64,000 bases of DNA, taken from NCBI GenBank assembly GCA_963797555.1, contig CAWCPV010000014.1, positions 1 to 64,000 on the forward strand, given 5' to 3'. Source of the DNA: an uncultured Gammaproteobacteria bacterium (GTDB lineage Bacteria > Pseudomonadota > Gammaproteobacteria > CAWCPV01). Numbering within the stretch: the first letter of the stretch is position 1; the number at the start of each line of letters is the position of its first letter. This document shows, one piece after another, positions 52,530-61,646 of the stretch. The notes under the pieces are model-generated. The model did not search any database. It worked only from the letters and a program-made list of their open reading frames with translations, and was not told the origin of the DNA. The position numbers and the translations under genes were made by a program.

Positions 52530-54379
52530 TGTCAGTGAGCGACCAAGGGACGGCCACGGAGGAACCTGTGGCTTCGGGGCAAGCTCGGCGCGCCGCCTTC
52601 GATCACCTGTCCCAACTACTCAAGATCGCCCCGAAGCCGCGTTGGGCGACGCCAGCGCTGATCGTTCTGGGGCTCAGCTCGTCGTTTGCCGAGACAGTCG
52701 GCATCACGCTGATCATCCTCTTTTTCTATTCAGCAACGGGGCAGGTCGACGCCGCCGTGTCCCTAAGCGGCGTTCTCGGTCAGGCGCTGAATTACGTGAG
52801 CGGTTGGTTCGACAACTCCATACAGATGGCTGCCGTGATCCTGCTGCTGATTATCGTCCGTGGGGGGCTGGCCTTTGCCAACAACCTCATCAGCGCCTAC
52901 GTCAGCGAGCTGATCAATGAGAAGGCCAGGAATCAGATCCATGAACAATACCTTACCGTCGCCTACAGCTTCATTCAGCGCCACGAGCAGGCGCAGCTCA
53001 TGGAGGTGCTCGGCACCGAATCCTGGTTCATCTCCAATGCGTACGGTAGCCTGACACGAATTGTCATAAGCGGCTGCTCCATCCTGGTCTTCGCGCTCTT
53101 TCTCTTTGCCCTGTCCTGGCAGATTATGCTGACGGCCATCATCGGATCACTGCTCCTTTCCATGGGGCTGCGTCGTCTTTCCGGACCGGCGCAGGCGCTG
53201 GGCAAACGCGTCAAGCGTGTTCACCAACAGTTGGGCGAGCACATGCTAATGACGCTGGAAGGGTTACGCACGATTCGCGCCTATGGGCAGGAAGAGGTCC
53301 ACCAGCGGCGCTTCAGTCGTTCTTCCGCCGAGGCTCGCCAGACGTCCATTGCGCTCACGCGTCTCTCGTCGTTGCTCAATCCTCTGACAGAGGTCGGCTA
53401 TCTAGGCATCTTATGCGTGATTATTGCGGCTTCCCAAATTTGGAACACGAGCTTCGCGACTACCCTGGCGGCCGTCGCGTTACTGTACCGGTTGCAGCCC
53501 TATACCAGGGAGTTGGAAAGCAATCTGCTCTATATGGCCCAAATCGAGCCGCAGTTGCGCTCCGTGCGTATGATGATGCAGAAAGAGGACAAGGAGTATC
53601 CCGCGCCTGGATATCAACCCATCCGTTCCCTGCAAAAGGGTATCCGCTTCGATCATGTCACTTTCCAGTATCAGCCCGGAGCCGAGCCGGCCCTGAAGGA
53701 TGTGACGTTTGAGATTCCCGCCGGCGTCACAACGGCATTGGTAGGGGCCAGCGGCGCCGGCAAGACGACGGTCATCAACTTGCTCCTGCGCCTGTACCAA
53801 CCGTCTTCCGGTACGATCTGGGTCGATGACATGCCGTTGGAGGAGGTGCGGCGAACCGACTGGCTCAGGCTGTTAGGGGTTGCTGGCCAAGACGTTGACC
53901 TGATCGAGGGGACCGTGATCGACAATCTCCGGATGGCCGACAACAAGGCCACGGACGATGAAGTCCTCGCGGCATCGCGGATCGCGGGCGTTTCTGAATT
54001 CATCGAGCCGCTCCCAGAGGGCTATGGCACTTGGATCGGCCAGCAGGGACTGCGCTTTTCCGGCGGTCAGCGGCAGCGAATAGGCCTGGCCCGGGCCATC
54101 CTGCGCAATCCAGAATTCATGATGCTCGATGAGGCCATGAACTCCCTTGATCGCGGACTGGAGGGCCGGATCAGGCGCGCGATCGACGATCGATTTGCTG
54201 GGCGCACGATCCTAATCATCACCCATCGGCTCGAGACCGTGCTCAACGCCGACAATATCGTACGACTCGATGATGGAATGGTCCTGGCCGCCCAGGTAGG
54301 CGCCAAGGGGAATCCAATTAATCCGCTCCAGGCAGAGCGGCACGAATCAGCGGTGTTGGATCGACCGAAAGAGATTTAA
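52529..54379 (+). CDS. ABC exporter, fused permease/ATPase (MsbA-like)
   Basis: Transmembrane domain, Walker A GASGAGKT, signature FSGGQRQR, Walker B MMLDEA, H-loop ITHR. Start is approximate. Confidence 0.9.
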   Translation: MSVSDQGTATEEPVASGQARRAAFDHLSQLLKIAPKPRWATPALIVLGLSSSFAETVGITLIILFFYSATGQVDAAVSLSGVLGQALNYVSGWFDNSIQMAAVILLLIIVRGGLAFANNLISAYVSELINEKARNQIHEQYLTVAYSFIQRHEQAQLMEVLGTESWFISNAYGSLTRIVISGCSILVFALFLFALSWQIMLTAIIGSLLLSMGLRRLSGPAQALGKRVKRVHQQLGEHMLMTLEGLRTIRAYGQEEVHQRRFSRSSAEARQTSIALTRLSSLLNPLTEVGYLGILCVIIAASQIWNTSFATTLAAVALLYRLQPYTRELESNLLYMAQIEPQLRSVRMMMQKEDKEYPAPGYQPIRSLQKGIRFDHVTFQYQPGAEPALKDVTFEIPAGVTTALVGASGAGKTTVINLLLRLYQPSSGTIWVDDMPLEEVRRTDWLRLLGVAGQDVDLIEGTVIDNLRMADNKATDDEVLAASRIAGVSEFIEPLPEGYGTWIGQQGLRFSGGQRQRIGLARAILRNPEFMMLDEAMNSLDRGLEGRIRRAIDDRFAGRTILIITHRLETVLNADNIVRLDDGMVLAAQVGAKGNPINPLQAERHESAVLDRPKEI

Positions 54380-54627
54380 CCGTTTCACAAGAAATAAACA
54401 ATTTAGATCAAGCTAGGGAAACTCTGAACAAGTGGCTGCCGTGACAGTTCATCGGCGATAATGGAGCGACTGTTGCAGCGTCGTGAGAACGATGAAAGCG
54501 ATGAAGCCACTGAACCTGGCCGAGACCTGCGGGTCACGTCCATCCCGTTCCACCACGGGCGTAACACCTCTCGATTGGGCTTGCCGGTCGGATTGGGCTG
54601 GGCCAGCCAGGACCGAGCTACCCGGAG

Positions 54628-54900
54628 GTGCTTCCCGGCTACCCGGACCGGCTGCTGCCGAAGAGCGCAGAGGCTGCGGAGAAGATCAAGAAGCGGACCC
54701 TGACGAACCTGTACAACGAACGGCCCGAGTGGCTTCGCAACGCACATCGGGCGCTAGACGAGGCTGTGGCCGCGGCGTATGACTGCGATGCAGAGCTGTC
54801 GGATAACGAGGTGCTGAAGCGGCTCTTGGACCTGAACCTGGAGCGGTCGGGCCGACAGGTTTCGGTTACCCGCCTCGATACTGTTCCCGTCGAGGAGTGA
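54628..54900 (+). pseudogene. C-terminal remnant of an MmeI-like (type IIL/IIG) restriction-modification enzyme
   Basis: GYPDRLLP..KKRTLTNLYNERPEWLRNAHRALDEAVAAAY..LKRLLDLNLER. Confidence 0.75.
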
Positions 54901-55007
54901 GAGGGTCCAAGACTTTGCCGCAGTTGGCCTGCAGAACGACCGCTGAGCCGCGGCGGGCATTCGACTATCATGGCGCAACGGTTTGACCGTGGCCCGTTAG
55001 CTTCCAA

Positions 55008-55036
55008 GCGGTTCCCTTCGTTCCCCGCATCCTACG
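55008..55036 (-). repeat. GTAG-type REP, copy 1
   Basis: Reverse complement of 55600-55628 with one mismatch. Confidence 0.75.
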
Positions 55037-55042
55037 CGGGCT

Positions 55043-55329
55043 TCACCTACGGGCAGCCCAGTAGTCAGGCTTACGCCGGTGATGGGCAAGTGCGATAACA
55101 CGGAGCTCTTCGCCCCTGAATGTAGTAGATGATGCTGTACGGAAACCGGCGTAGCGGGAAGCGGCGTGTGTCTCTGTGCCAAGGCACGCCAAGCTCGGGA
55201 TGTGTTCAAACAAGACCGAGAGCACGCTCGAATTCGGCGATGAAAGCAAGCCCGAGATCGGCGTTGGCCTCCCTGGCGTAGTAGACAGCTCCGTCGGTTA
55301 GCTCCCGCTCGGCCTCCCGACGCGATCAT
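55043..55329 (-). pseudogene. RelE/ParE-family toxin, frameshifted
   Basis: EAERELTDGAVYYARE..LGLAFIAEF..RRFPYSIIY..LRVIALAHHRRKPDYW, read across frames. Confidence 0.7.
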
Positions 55330-55550
55330 TTAATCGCGGCACGCGCGCGGGCGATAGCATCGGCGGCGGGAGCGAGCTGAACCCTGCCGCTCTCGATCTC
55401 TTCAATGCGCCGCTCGACCTCCGCTGCCCAGGCTTCCTCGACCTCGTGATCCTCGAAGAGGCTGGCAAGCAACCGGTCCGCGAGCTGTACCCGCTCTTCC
55501 GCGGTGAGTTTAAGCGCTTGAGCTTCGACGATTTCGAATTGGCTTGACAT
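55326..55550 (-). CDS. Putative addiction-module antitoxin (TIGR02574-like)
   Basis: ALKLTAEERVQLADRLLASL..EEAWAAEVERRIEEIESG. Confidence 0.85.
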   Translation of the reverse strand: MSSQFEIVEAQALKLTAEERVQLADRLLASLFEDHEVEEAWAAEVERRIEEIESGRVQLAPAADAIARARAAIK

Positions 55551-55599
55551 AGGCAACCCCAAACTGTCACTCACCTGCCTATTATACTTGCACCGAGCG

Positions 55600-55628
55600 C
55601 GTAGGATGCGGTGAACGAAGGGAACCGC
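55600..55628 (+). repeat. GTAG-type REP, copy 2
   Basis: CGTAGGATGCGGTGAACGAAGGGAACCGC, a GTAG foot plus palindrome, just beyond the RAYT fragment stop. Confidence 0.75.
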
Positions 55629-55638
55629 ATCGCTCGCG

Positions 55639-55805
55639 TTACTCCCCTGCCGCAATACTTGGGACGCCCTCGCCACCCCAATCCTCCGAATAGACTCCTC
55701 GTCGCTTGAACGCATGAAAACTGGAATGAGGCCAGTCGGCTACCCGCCGAACCCATCCGTGTTTTACCGGGTTCCAATGGACATAGTCCACGTGCCGGTT
55801 GAAGC
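55639..55805 (-). pseudogene. REP-associated tyrosine transposase (RAYT) 3' fragment
   Basis: FNRHVDYVHWNPVKHGWVRRVADWPHSSFH..GVYSEDWGG. Confidence 0.85.
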
Positions 55806-57280
55806 TCGTGCGCCCTCTAAGGGTCTCGAGATCTCCGACTTCGAAGCTCCGAGTTCCGGCGTCAAGGCTCTGAACTCCGCTGTCGAAGCTCGGATCTCCG
55901 ACGTTGCCCCTTCGACCGACAATTGTGTTGCTCAGAGCTCCGACGTTGCCGCTCCGAGGAGCAAATTGCTGCTCCGAACTCCGAACACCAATTTTCCTGC
56001 TCCGCACCCCGACAGTCCCGCTCGGAGCATCAATTTTTTGGAATCCCGATCTCCGATGTTGCTACTCCGAGCACCAATTTTGCCTCTGCGAGCTCCTGCT
56101 GCTCGCGGATGGAAAATGGGCCGTCCGGAAAGGAACGGCCCATTAGCGTCAACCCCCTCCCGGGGGAGGTGCTCAAGCCGGGGCTTCGCCGCCGCGGGCG
56201 CGGGGGCGGCCGGGGAAGCGCTCCCGCAGGTCGTTGGCGATGGCTTCGGCCCCCTGCACCCGCGCACGGGCGGCGCCCTTGACCGCCTGATAGTAGGCGA
56301 GGGCGGCGCCGTAGACCTCGCTGCCGGCGGCCAGCATCGAGTCCTCGATACCTGCCAGCACAGAATGGACCCTAAAATGGCGTGCTTAAACATTGTGCGT
56401 CAGAACAAGGGTTCCCGAAGGGGAGAGGAACATATAATTCAGCTCCCTTAACCGGACTGCGCGACCCACAGATCGGGTGGGAGCCCTTTATCGACTCGAT
56501 CGCTGCGTAGCTGGTCCTTTGTCTGGGCCAGCCGGCCGACCGTCTGCTTGAGCAGCGCCAGGGAGGCTTCCGGGAAGGCCAGAAGAAAGCGCGTAAAGCG
56601 TGGGTAGTCCAGGCTGAGGATGGTGGCTGCATCTTGCGCAACCAGCGTGGCCGTCCGCTTCGCGTCGTCTCGGACCATGCCGAGTTCGCCCACCACGGAG
56701 CCTGGGCCGAGGGAGGCCAACAGGTCACCCCCGGTGCGCGAACAGACCTCGATCGTTCCTTCCGCGACCACGAACACCTCCCTCGCCTCGTCTCCGGCGC
56801 GGCACAGCACCTCACCGCCCTGCAGTGACCGTTTGTCGAACATCTTCGCCAACAGGCGCAGGTCCGATTCCTCCAGCGAGCCGAACACCGCGCTGGTCTC
56901 CAGCACCCGTACACGGCTCTCGGTCTCCGTGGGATCGGCCGTGTGAACCCGCAGGTTGAAGAAGCGTGCGGCCCGCAGCATCGCCTCGCGCCAGCGGCGG
57001 TCCTCGGTGATGGGGTGCGGCGGCAGGATGCTGGGGTCACCGGCTACGCGCGCCGCCTCGCGCAGGCCCGAGACGTAGGCTCCATGCACGCACGCCCAGT
57101 GGTGGCGGTTAGTTGCCTCCCCGGCGAAAAACAAGTTGCCTGCGACCGGTTCGGCGAGGCGTTCCAGATCCCCAGGTGTGGCTCCGACCCGGATATACGA
57201 GTACGCGCCGAGCGCAAACGGGTCGAGGGTCCACGAGGTACGCAGCATCCTGGTCGGGACGGGGATGCTCGAGCCGAACG
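55805..57280. repeat. Direct segmental duplication, copy 1
   Basis: Matches 58329-59675. The coding part is near identical and the 7-nt periodic part differs in length. Confidence 0.92.
56448..57280 (-). pseudogene. 5'-truncated duplicate of the amine oxidase-cNMP gene
   Basis: Near-identical to the last approximately 270 codons of 58882..60750. Lacks the FAD-binding N-terminus. Confidence 0.85.
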
Positions 57281-57305
57281 AGAGATTAAAGGGGCCAGGA
57301 TCGAA

Positions 57306-57374
57306 TTATTTTGCACGGTGCCACACAGTCGTGCCGTCCGGACGGTCCTCGAGCACAATGCCTTGAGATTTCAG
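57306..57374 (-). pseudogene. Possible last 22 codons of cysteinyl-tRNA synthetase
   Basis: LKSQGIVLEDRPDGTTVWHRAK* resembles the CysRS C-terminal GIxLED..GT.W motif. Short match, judged by eye. Confidence 0.5.
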
Positions 57375-57539
57375 CCCGTAGGATGACGCCATGCGGCGGA
57401 TCGCCCTCGCGGGCATCCGCCCTACGCGCACTCGAATATTTCTGCGCCAGTTTCCGCTTTCAGCTCCTCCGCATGATGCGTCTTGCCAAAACCAGCCAAG
57501 CCGAGAAAAAGCGTAACCTTCGCCACCATGAACCTCGCT

Positions 57540-57633
57540 TTCCAACCGCCTAAGCCAGCATGAGGGGAGACCACTGCGACAGCGGTGGGGCGTCCCAGCG
57601 AACGAAGCGACCGAGTTGAGGCTGTTGTTACGC
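57540..57633 (-). other. Degenerate attC-like site downstream of hicA
   Basis: R'' GCGTAAC overlaps the hicA stop, followed by AACAGCCTCAAC..CTTAGGCGGTT. The complementary GTTACGC lies upstream of hicB (58050-58056). Confidence 0.5.
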
Positions 57634-57813
57634 ATCGTCATGACTGAGCATCTTGATGATGTGTTTTGCAAGTGGCTCCTTGGTCTCACGATGCCTCGGT
57701 ACAGGTTGAGACACTTTAGTCCTCGGGTTTTGATACCAATCATGCTTGCCACCATGACGGATAAGAACACAGCCCATACTCTCAAGCTTTTTTATCAGGT
57801 CTATCCGCTTCAC
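57628..57813 (-). CDS. hicA: HicA-family toxin
   Basis: MKRIDLIKKLESMGCVLIRHGGKHDWYQNP..QPVPRH. Confidence 0.88.
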   Translation of the reverse strand: MKRIDLIKKLESMGCVLIRHGGKHDWYQNPRTKVSQPVPRHRETKEPLAKHIIKMLSHDDA

Positions 57814-58001
57814 GCTATGGCAAGCTCTGCCATCTTGCGAACGTTCGGGATAGTGCCACTAGTCAATTCTTTATAGAGATCAACCAGATGTTCTTTCAGT
57901 TCGTCCTCAGTTTCTCCTTGAGTCCAATAATCAGGGAATTCTTCAAGATACCCCAACCAAGTATCGTCATCTTTCCAGTAAACATACTTTTGCTTGATCA
58001 T
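57810..58001 (-). CDS. hicB: HicB-family antitoxin (short form)
   Basis: YVYWKDDDTWLGYLEEFPDYWTQGETEDELKEHL. Low GC, ATGA overlap with hicA. Confidence 0.85.
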   Translation of the reverse strand: MIKQKYVYWKDDDTWLGYLEEFPDYWTQGETEDELKEHLVDLYKELTSGTIPNVRKMAELAIA

Positions 58002-58328
58002 CGCTAAGAACTCCGCGTATCACCTTCCCGAAATCCAACAGATGCCGATGCGTAACCTCGCAAAAGCAGGGCCTCCCACGGCAGCCTGAAGTCCACTGCG
58101 CGCCAGCGCCCGGAACTCTGCCCATGCGTTCCATATGCCTCCCGGTGGTCTTGTCCGCTTGTCCGTCACCCTCTTGAACCCCGCCCCACGATGGGCCGGC
58201 TTCCCTCATGCAGACCCGCGCCGCAAACTTCACTAAGTCTGCTAGGCGCTAGCTGGACTGTCAAGGGCGCGCCGCGGTCGCCGGAGATCGGAGAGACGAA
58301 ATCCGAGCCGGGCGGTACCCTATCGGAT

Positions 58329-59675
58329 CTCGTGCGCCCTCTAAGGGTCTCGAGATCTCCGACTTCGGATCTCCGAGTTCCGACGGCAAGGCTCTGAACT
58401 CCGATGTCCAATTTTCCCCCTCGGAGCTCCATGATTGCCGTTCCGAGCACCAATTGGCGCTCCGCACCCCTCGATTGCTGCTCGCAGATGGAAAATGGGC
58501 CGTCCGGAAGGGAACGGCCCACGGCGTCGGCACCCTCCGGAAGCGGCGCTCAGGCCGGGGCTGCCCCGCCGCGGGCGCGGGGGCGGCCGGGGAAGCGCTC
58601 GCCCAGGTCGTTGGCGATGGCCTCGGCCCCTGCACCCGCGCCCGGGCGGCGCCCTTGACCGCCTGATAGTAGGCGAGGGCGGCGCCGTAGGCCTCGCTGC
58701 CGGCGGCCAGCATCGAGTCCTCGATACCTGCCAGCACATAACGGACCTTGCAATGGCGTGCTTGAACATTGTGCGTCAGAACGTCAGAACAAGGCTTCCC
58801 GAGGGGGGCGAGGTCATAATTCAGCTCCCTTAACCGGACTGCGCGAGCCACAGATCGGGTGAGAGCCTGGGTGAGAGCCCTTTATCGACTCGGATCGCTG
58901 CGTAGCTGGTCCTTTGTCTGGGCCAGCCGGCCGACCGTCTGCTTGAGCAGCGCCAGGGAGGCTTCCGGGAAGGCCAGAAGAAAGCGCGTAAAGCGTGGGT
59001 AGTCCAGGCTGAGGATGGTGGCTGCATCGTGCGCAACCAGCGTGGCCGTCCGCTTCGCGTCGTCTCGGACCATGCCGAGTTCGCCCACCACGGACCCTGG
59101 GCCAAGGGAGGCCAACAGGTCACCCCCGGTGCGCGAACGGACCTCGATCGTTCCTTCCGCGACCACGAACACCTCCCTCGCCTCGTCTCCGGCGCGGCAC
59201 AGCACCTCGCCGCCCTGCAATGACCGTTTGTCGAACATCTTCGCCAACAGGCGCAGGTCCGATTCCTCCAGCGAGCCGAACACCGCGCTCGTCTCCAGCA
59301 CCCGCACACGGCTCTCGGTCTCCGTGGGATCGGCCGTGTGAGCCCGCAGGTTGAAGAAGCGTGCGGCCCGCAGCATCGCCTCGCGCCAGCGGCGGTCCTC
59401 GGTGATGGGGTGCGGCGGCAGGATGCTGGGGTCACCGGCTACGCGCGCCGCCTCGCGCAGGCCCGAGACATAGGCTCCGTGCACGCACGCCCAGTGGTGG
59501 CGGTTGGTCGCCTCCCCGGCGAAAAACAAGTTGCCTGCGACCGGCTCGGCGAGGCGTTCCAGATCCCCAGGTGTGGCTCCGACCCGGATATACGAGTACG
59601 CGCCGAGCGCAAACGGGTCGAGGGTCCACGAGGTACGCAGCATCCTCGTCGGGACAGGGATGCTCGGGCCGAACG
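58329..59675. repeat. Direct segmental duplication, copy 2
   Basis: Matches 55805-57280. Confidence 0.92.
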
Positions 59676-60750
59676 GGCCGCGCAGCACTTCCATGGCCCA
59701 ATCCATGGCCTCGTCCTGCGGCCATTGCTCGATGCGCCGGCCCAGCGCCCCGCCGACCGGCAGCACCAGACAGGGGATGCCATGGGTGGGCCACAGGTTC
59801 ACCGCCAGGGTGGGAAAGCGCTCGGCCGCGCCGCGGATACAGCCGAGGGTGTAGGGCTCCGCAGGCCAGAACGGTTTCTCGAAGAACAACGCCAGCTTGG
59901 CCAGACAGCCCACTCCCAGGCGATCGATGGCGGCGAGTTTCTCCTGAGGCAGGGGCGGATCGAACTCCACCGTCTTCGCCTGCAGCACTCCGAGGGGCAG
60001 GGTGATGATCGCGGCGTCGCCGGTGAACTCGCCCTGACTGGTGGAGACCCGCACGCCCGGTCCGTCGTATCGAATTCTCTCGACCCTGCAGTTCAACCGG
60101 ATAGTCAAGCCTTCGGCCAGCTTGGTCGTCAGCGACTGAAAACCGAGGGGAAACGTGCTGTCGCCGTACTCGTAGACCTGGTAGCCATCGTCCCACCACA
60201 GCGCCGACACCGAGTCTGCGTCCCCGGCGCAGTCGTCGCGGGCGAACAGCTCCATGTGCCACAGCACGTCCTTCAGCTCATGTCGCGCGGCACTGGGATC
60301 TTCCCGGAAGATGCGGGTGAACGCCTCTCGGACCGAGGTGTCCCGCAACTCGCCCCGTGCTCGGGCGGCCCGCCACTCCTCGTAGATCTCGCGGATCTCG
60401 TCGGCGGCGATGATGCTTTGCAGCTTTTCCTGCGCGGAGAGGACGCCCCCTTCGGGGTGCAGCAGCACGGTATCCTCCCAGCCGCCGACATAGGTGCTGT
60501 CCCCGCCGGTGTAGATGATCGGGATCCCCAGTCGCCGGACCAGGCGGGTGATGGGATTGCCTTCGGTGCTATGGATCCACTGCGCCCCGAGATCCAGCCG
60601 CTCGACCGTCCAGATGCGTCCGCCGGTCCGCTCCCTGGCCTCGAGGATCTCCACGCAGTAGCCGCGGTCGTGGAGCGCCCGTGCCGCTGCCAGCCCGGAG
60701 ATCCCAGCCCCCACGACGAGGATCCTGCCGTGATCGCCTATGCCGCCCAT
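58882..60750 (-). CDS. Flavin-dependent amine oxidase fused to a C-terminal cyclic-nucleotide-binding domain
   Basis: VGAGISGLAAA, EARERTGGRIWT, DLGAQWIH, GAYSY and LFFAGEAT..VHGAYVSGLREA, then a cNMP domain with VGELGMV..RTAT. The true end may be 58830, judging from the duplicate. Confidence 0.85.
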   Translation of the reverse strand: MGGIGDHGRILVVGAGISGLAAARALHDRGYCVEILEARERTGGRIWTVERLDLGAQWIHSTEGNPITRLVRRLGIPIIYTGGDSTYVGGWEDTVLLHPEGGVLSAQEKLQSIIAADEIREIYEEWRAARARGELRDTSVREAFTRIFREDPSAARHELKDVLWHMELFARDDCAGDADSVSALWWDDGYQVYEYGDSTFPLGFQSLTTKLAEGLTIRLNCRVERIRYDGPGVRVSTSQGEFTGDAAIITLPLGVLQAKTVEFDPPLPQEKLAAIDRLGVGCLAKLALFFEKPFWPAEPYTLGCIRGAAERFPTLAVNLWPTHGIPCLVLPVGGALGRRIEQWPQDEAMDWAMEVLRGPFGPSIPVPTRMLRTSWTLDPFALGAYSYIRVGATPGDLERLAEPVAGNLFFAGEATNRHHWACVHGAYVSGLREAARVAGDPSILPPHPITEDRRWREAMLRAARFFNLRAHTADPTETESRVRVLETSAVFGSLEESDLRLLAKMFDKRSLQGGEVLCRAGDEAREVFVVAEGTIEVRSRTGGDLLASLGPGSVVGELGMVRDDAKRTATLVAHDAATILSLDYPRFTRFLLAFPEASLALLKQTVGRLAQTKDQLRSDPSR

Positions 60751-60772
60751 GCCACGGGTTCTCCCTGTCCTG

Positions 60773-61261
60773 CTACTGGACCGGCTCTGCGGCCTTCTGC
60801 CGAAACCACTTCTTGCGCAGCTCGTAAAAAGCGATGGCCGGGACGTAGAAGGTCACATCGGCGATCAGCTTGCCGACCACTACCCCCAACCCTGCCCCGA
60901 GATAGTGAGTGCAGAGCCCGAAGGCCAAAGGCCGCAGCAGGACGCTGTCCAGGATCTCCGCCAGACCGAACTCGACGAACAGGTTGCGGAAGGTTGCGAG
61001 CACCCCCCGCCAGCGGTAAGGCTGGCCGGTCCGTCGCGCCGTGAGGGCATCGCCGTGCAACTCCCGGGTCACGATCACGCCGTAATAGCCGACGTTCTCG
61101 CCGAGAGCCCCGCCGTAGGAGGCGGCCACCAGGCTGGAGGTCGCCGCGTGGGTGAGGAGGTAGCCCGCGTATGCCGTCGTGATGCCGGCGGCTTCCGGCA
61201 GACCATAGCGCTTGAGCCACTCGAGAAGCTTACCGTGCCACTTGGAACTGCCCTCCACCAT
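60773..61261 (-). CDS. Conserved hypothetical membrane protein
   Basis: EWLKRYGLPE..GENVGYYG..EFGLAEILDSVLLRP..GKLIADVTFY. Ends about 20 bp before the oxidase start, so probably co-transcribed. Confidence 0.6.
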   Translation of the reverse strand: MVEGSSKWHGKLLEWLKRYGLPEAAGITTAYAGYLLTHAATSSLVAASYGGALGENVGYYGVIVTRELHGDALTARRTGQPYRWRGVLATFRNLFVEFGLAEILDSVLLRPLAFGLCTHYLGAGLGVVVGKLIADVTFYVPAIAFYELRKKWFRQKAAEPVQ

Positions 61262-61646
61262 ACTGTCGCCCCGGCGGACGGTCGTTGTAAGAGTCCCGCG
61301 CGGCTGGACCGTCCGGGGTCCGCGCGCGCCGTCACACGTGTGCTCCCGGCGCCGGCGCTGCCTCGCCGGGCTTGTCCGAGATGGCGAACAGGATACTCCA
61401 ACCATCGGTCCGTTGGGGCCCGGAGCCGCCTCCGCTACGCTGGTCTTTCGCAGTTGCTTCACGGAGCTACGAGTTTGAGCAAGCCACATTTTCGCCGAGG
61501 GGCCTCGGCCGGGTGCCGTCGGACTTCTGCGCCCAAGTGCGGTTCAGAGGTCGCGGCACGTACCGTGGATAGCGAGACCGCAGGCCGGATCTCCCCGGAG
61601 TGGGGAGGACACGCCGCGCGATCGAAGGGGCGCCGAGACGAGTGCG

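Noticed and set aside
54925-55003. Possible attC site (CAGAAC...GTTAGC)
   Set aside because: The boxes are too degenerate and no cassette ORF is attached, so it cannot be supported without a model search.
55810-56130. Possible CRISPR array
   Set aside because: There are no identical 23-47 bp repeats with unique spacers here or elsewhere in the window, only short degenerate periodicity.
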